Assembly: GCA_034659995.1 (NCBI GenBank)
Contig: JAYEIH010000068.1
Span: 1 to 53,496 of the forward strand
DNA length: 53,496 bases
From: Methanobacteriota archaeon
GTDB taxonomy: Archaea > Methanobacteriota_B > Thermococci > Methanofastidiosales > B48-G16
Reading direction: 5' to 3'
Shown: in pieces, positions 52,640-53,496 of the stretch
How the letters are laid out: every line of letters begins with the position of its first letter
Numbering within the stretch: position 1 is the stretch's first letter
Position numbers and translations under genes: made by a program
Notes under the pieces: model-generated
The model's database searches: none
Seen by the model: only the letters and a program-made list of their open reading frames with translations
What the model was told of the DNA's origin: nothing

Positions 52640-53416
52640 TTACTCTTTCTTCTTGTCTTCCTTCACAAGCCAGTTTAAGAATTCTATCGGGAATGGCAGT
52701 ATTATAGTAGACGCGTTTTCAGCTGAAGCTTCTGATATCGTCTGCAGCAGTCGTAACTGCAGTGTCATAGGCTCTTCACTCATTGTTTTTGCGGCGTCTC
52801 TGAGTTTCTCTGCGGCCTGGAACTCTCCCTGCGCATTGATAATTTTTGCTCTTCGCTCTCTTTCAGCCTCTGCCTGTGCGGCCATGGATCGCTTCATCTT
52901 GGATGGAAGTTCCACATCCTTTATCTCCACGGCGGAGACCTTGATTCCCCATGGATCAGTGGCTTCATCTATTACCCTCTGAAGCTGTCTGTTCAGTTTG
53001 TCCCTCTCACTCAGGAGCTCATCAAGGTGTGATTCTCCGATGGTACTTCTCAGCGTTGTCTGCGAGATCTGCGATGTTGCGGCAATATAATTTTCCACCT
53101 GAACTACTGCCTTGGCGGCATCCATCACCCGTAAGTATACAACGGCATTGACCCGCACAGGTACGTTATCCATTGTCATGACCTCCTGAGCGGGAACATC
53201 AAGCACCTTGGTCCGCAGGCTCAGTTTGTACATTTTGTCGATTATTGGGATTATGAAGAATATTCCAGGTCCCTTTGCGCCCTTCAGTCTTCCGAGTCTC
53301 AAGATGACACCTCTCTCAAACTCCTTAACGATCTTTATCGCTGAGCTTAGTATCATTAGTACAATAAGTACAACAAGTATACCTGCCAGCTGTGCAAATT
53401 CTATATTTATATCCAT
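52640..53416 (-). CDS. SPFH/band 7 (stomatin/prohibitin-like) membrane protein
   Basis: It has an N-terminal TM, an SPFH core (EFERGVILRLGR, VDVPAQEVMTMDNV) and a coiled-coil AQAEAERERRAKI. A strong AGGAGGTG SD is present. Confidence 0.85.
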   Translation of the reverse strand: MDINIEFAQLAGILVVLIVLMILSSAIKIVKEFERGVILRLGRLKGAKGPGIFFIIPIIDKMYKLSLRTKVLDVPAQEVMTMDNVPVRVNAVVYLRVMDAAKAVVQVENYIAATSQISQTTLRSTIGESHLDELLSERDKLNRQLQRVIDEATDPWGIKVSAVEIKDVELPSKMKRSMAAQAEAERERRAKIINAQGEFQAAEKLRDAAKTMSEEPMTLQLRLLQTISEASAENASTIILPFPIEFLNWLVKEDKKKE

Positions 53417-53496
53417 TTTTTCACCTCCTTTTATTCTTTATCTCTAACACAAATCGTTTCATACTTATCTTACCTCTTTCCTTCTTCTTTTTAAAT

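Noticed and set aside
53421-53496. Open minus-strand frame running off the window end (..FKKKKERGKISMKRFVLEIKNKRR-stop) upstream of the stomatin gene, possibly the C-terminus of an NfeD-like partner
   Set aside because: Only 25 codons are visible, they are Lys-rich, and there is no diagnostic motif. It cannot be supported from the window.
1-53496. Scan for CRISPR arrays, tRNA/rRNA genes, IS elements, integrases and known multi-gene defence systems
   Set aside because: I saw no regularly spaced direct repeats, no tRNA-like GC-rich cloverleaf segments and no transposase or integrase ORFs. The only defence-related modules are HepT/MNT and a solitary Cas4-like nuclease.

Overview
The window is an archaeal chromosomal segment. 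Evidence: a fibrillarin/Nop5 pair, archaeal-type SepF, a PAC2/PbaB-like proteasome chaperone, DUF99, and BRE/TATA promoters with leaderless first genes alongside GGAGGTG Shine-Dalgarno sites inside operons. It is densely coding (about 68 CDS). I found no rRNA, tRNA, CRISPR array, transposase or integrase. The core content is the DUF99-rpiA-nop5-flpA operon, alaX, glmS plus a GT4 GlcNAc-1-P transferase, citrate lyase citDEF, a complete seven-gene his operon, an Lrp-flanked operon (unknown protein, tungsten AOR, aminotransferase, homoserine dehydrogenase), two ABC-2 efflux systems (one TetR-controlled), a HepT/MNT toxin-antitoxin pair, an OPT transporter and a stomatin-like protein. The observations I rate highest are these. 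(1) A leaderless 26-codon ORF ending in His-His-His-Arg sits directly upstream of hisG and is a candidate his leader peptide in an archaeon. (2) The last 39 nt of glmS are repeated in direct orientation around a single SpoT/Mesh1-type HD hydrolase gene, an insertion-scar-like signature at the glmS 3-prime end. (3) The his operon carries unusual fusions, HisC-HAD and HisA-HisI-HisE. (4) A 265-nt non-coding stretch is packed with perfect hairpins and may be a structured RNA. (5) Several accessory genes are interrupted by single-nucleotide homopolymer frameshifts while all housekeeping genes are intact. (6) The AOR-aminotransferase-homoserine dehydrogenase coupling suggests a ferredoxin-linked homoserine/aspartate-semialdehyde route. 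All functional calls come from reading motifs by eye; no database search was run.
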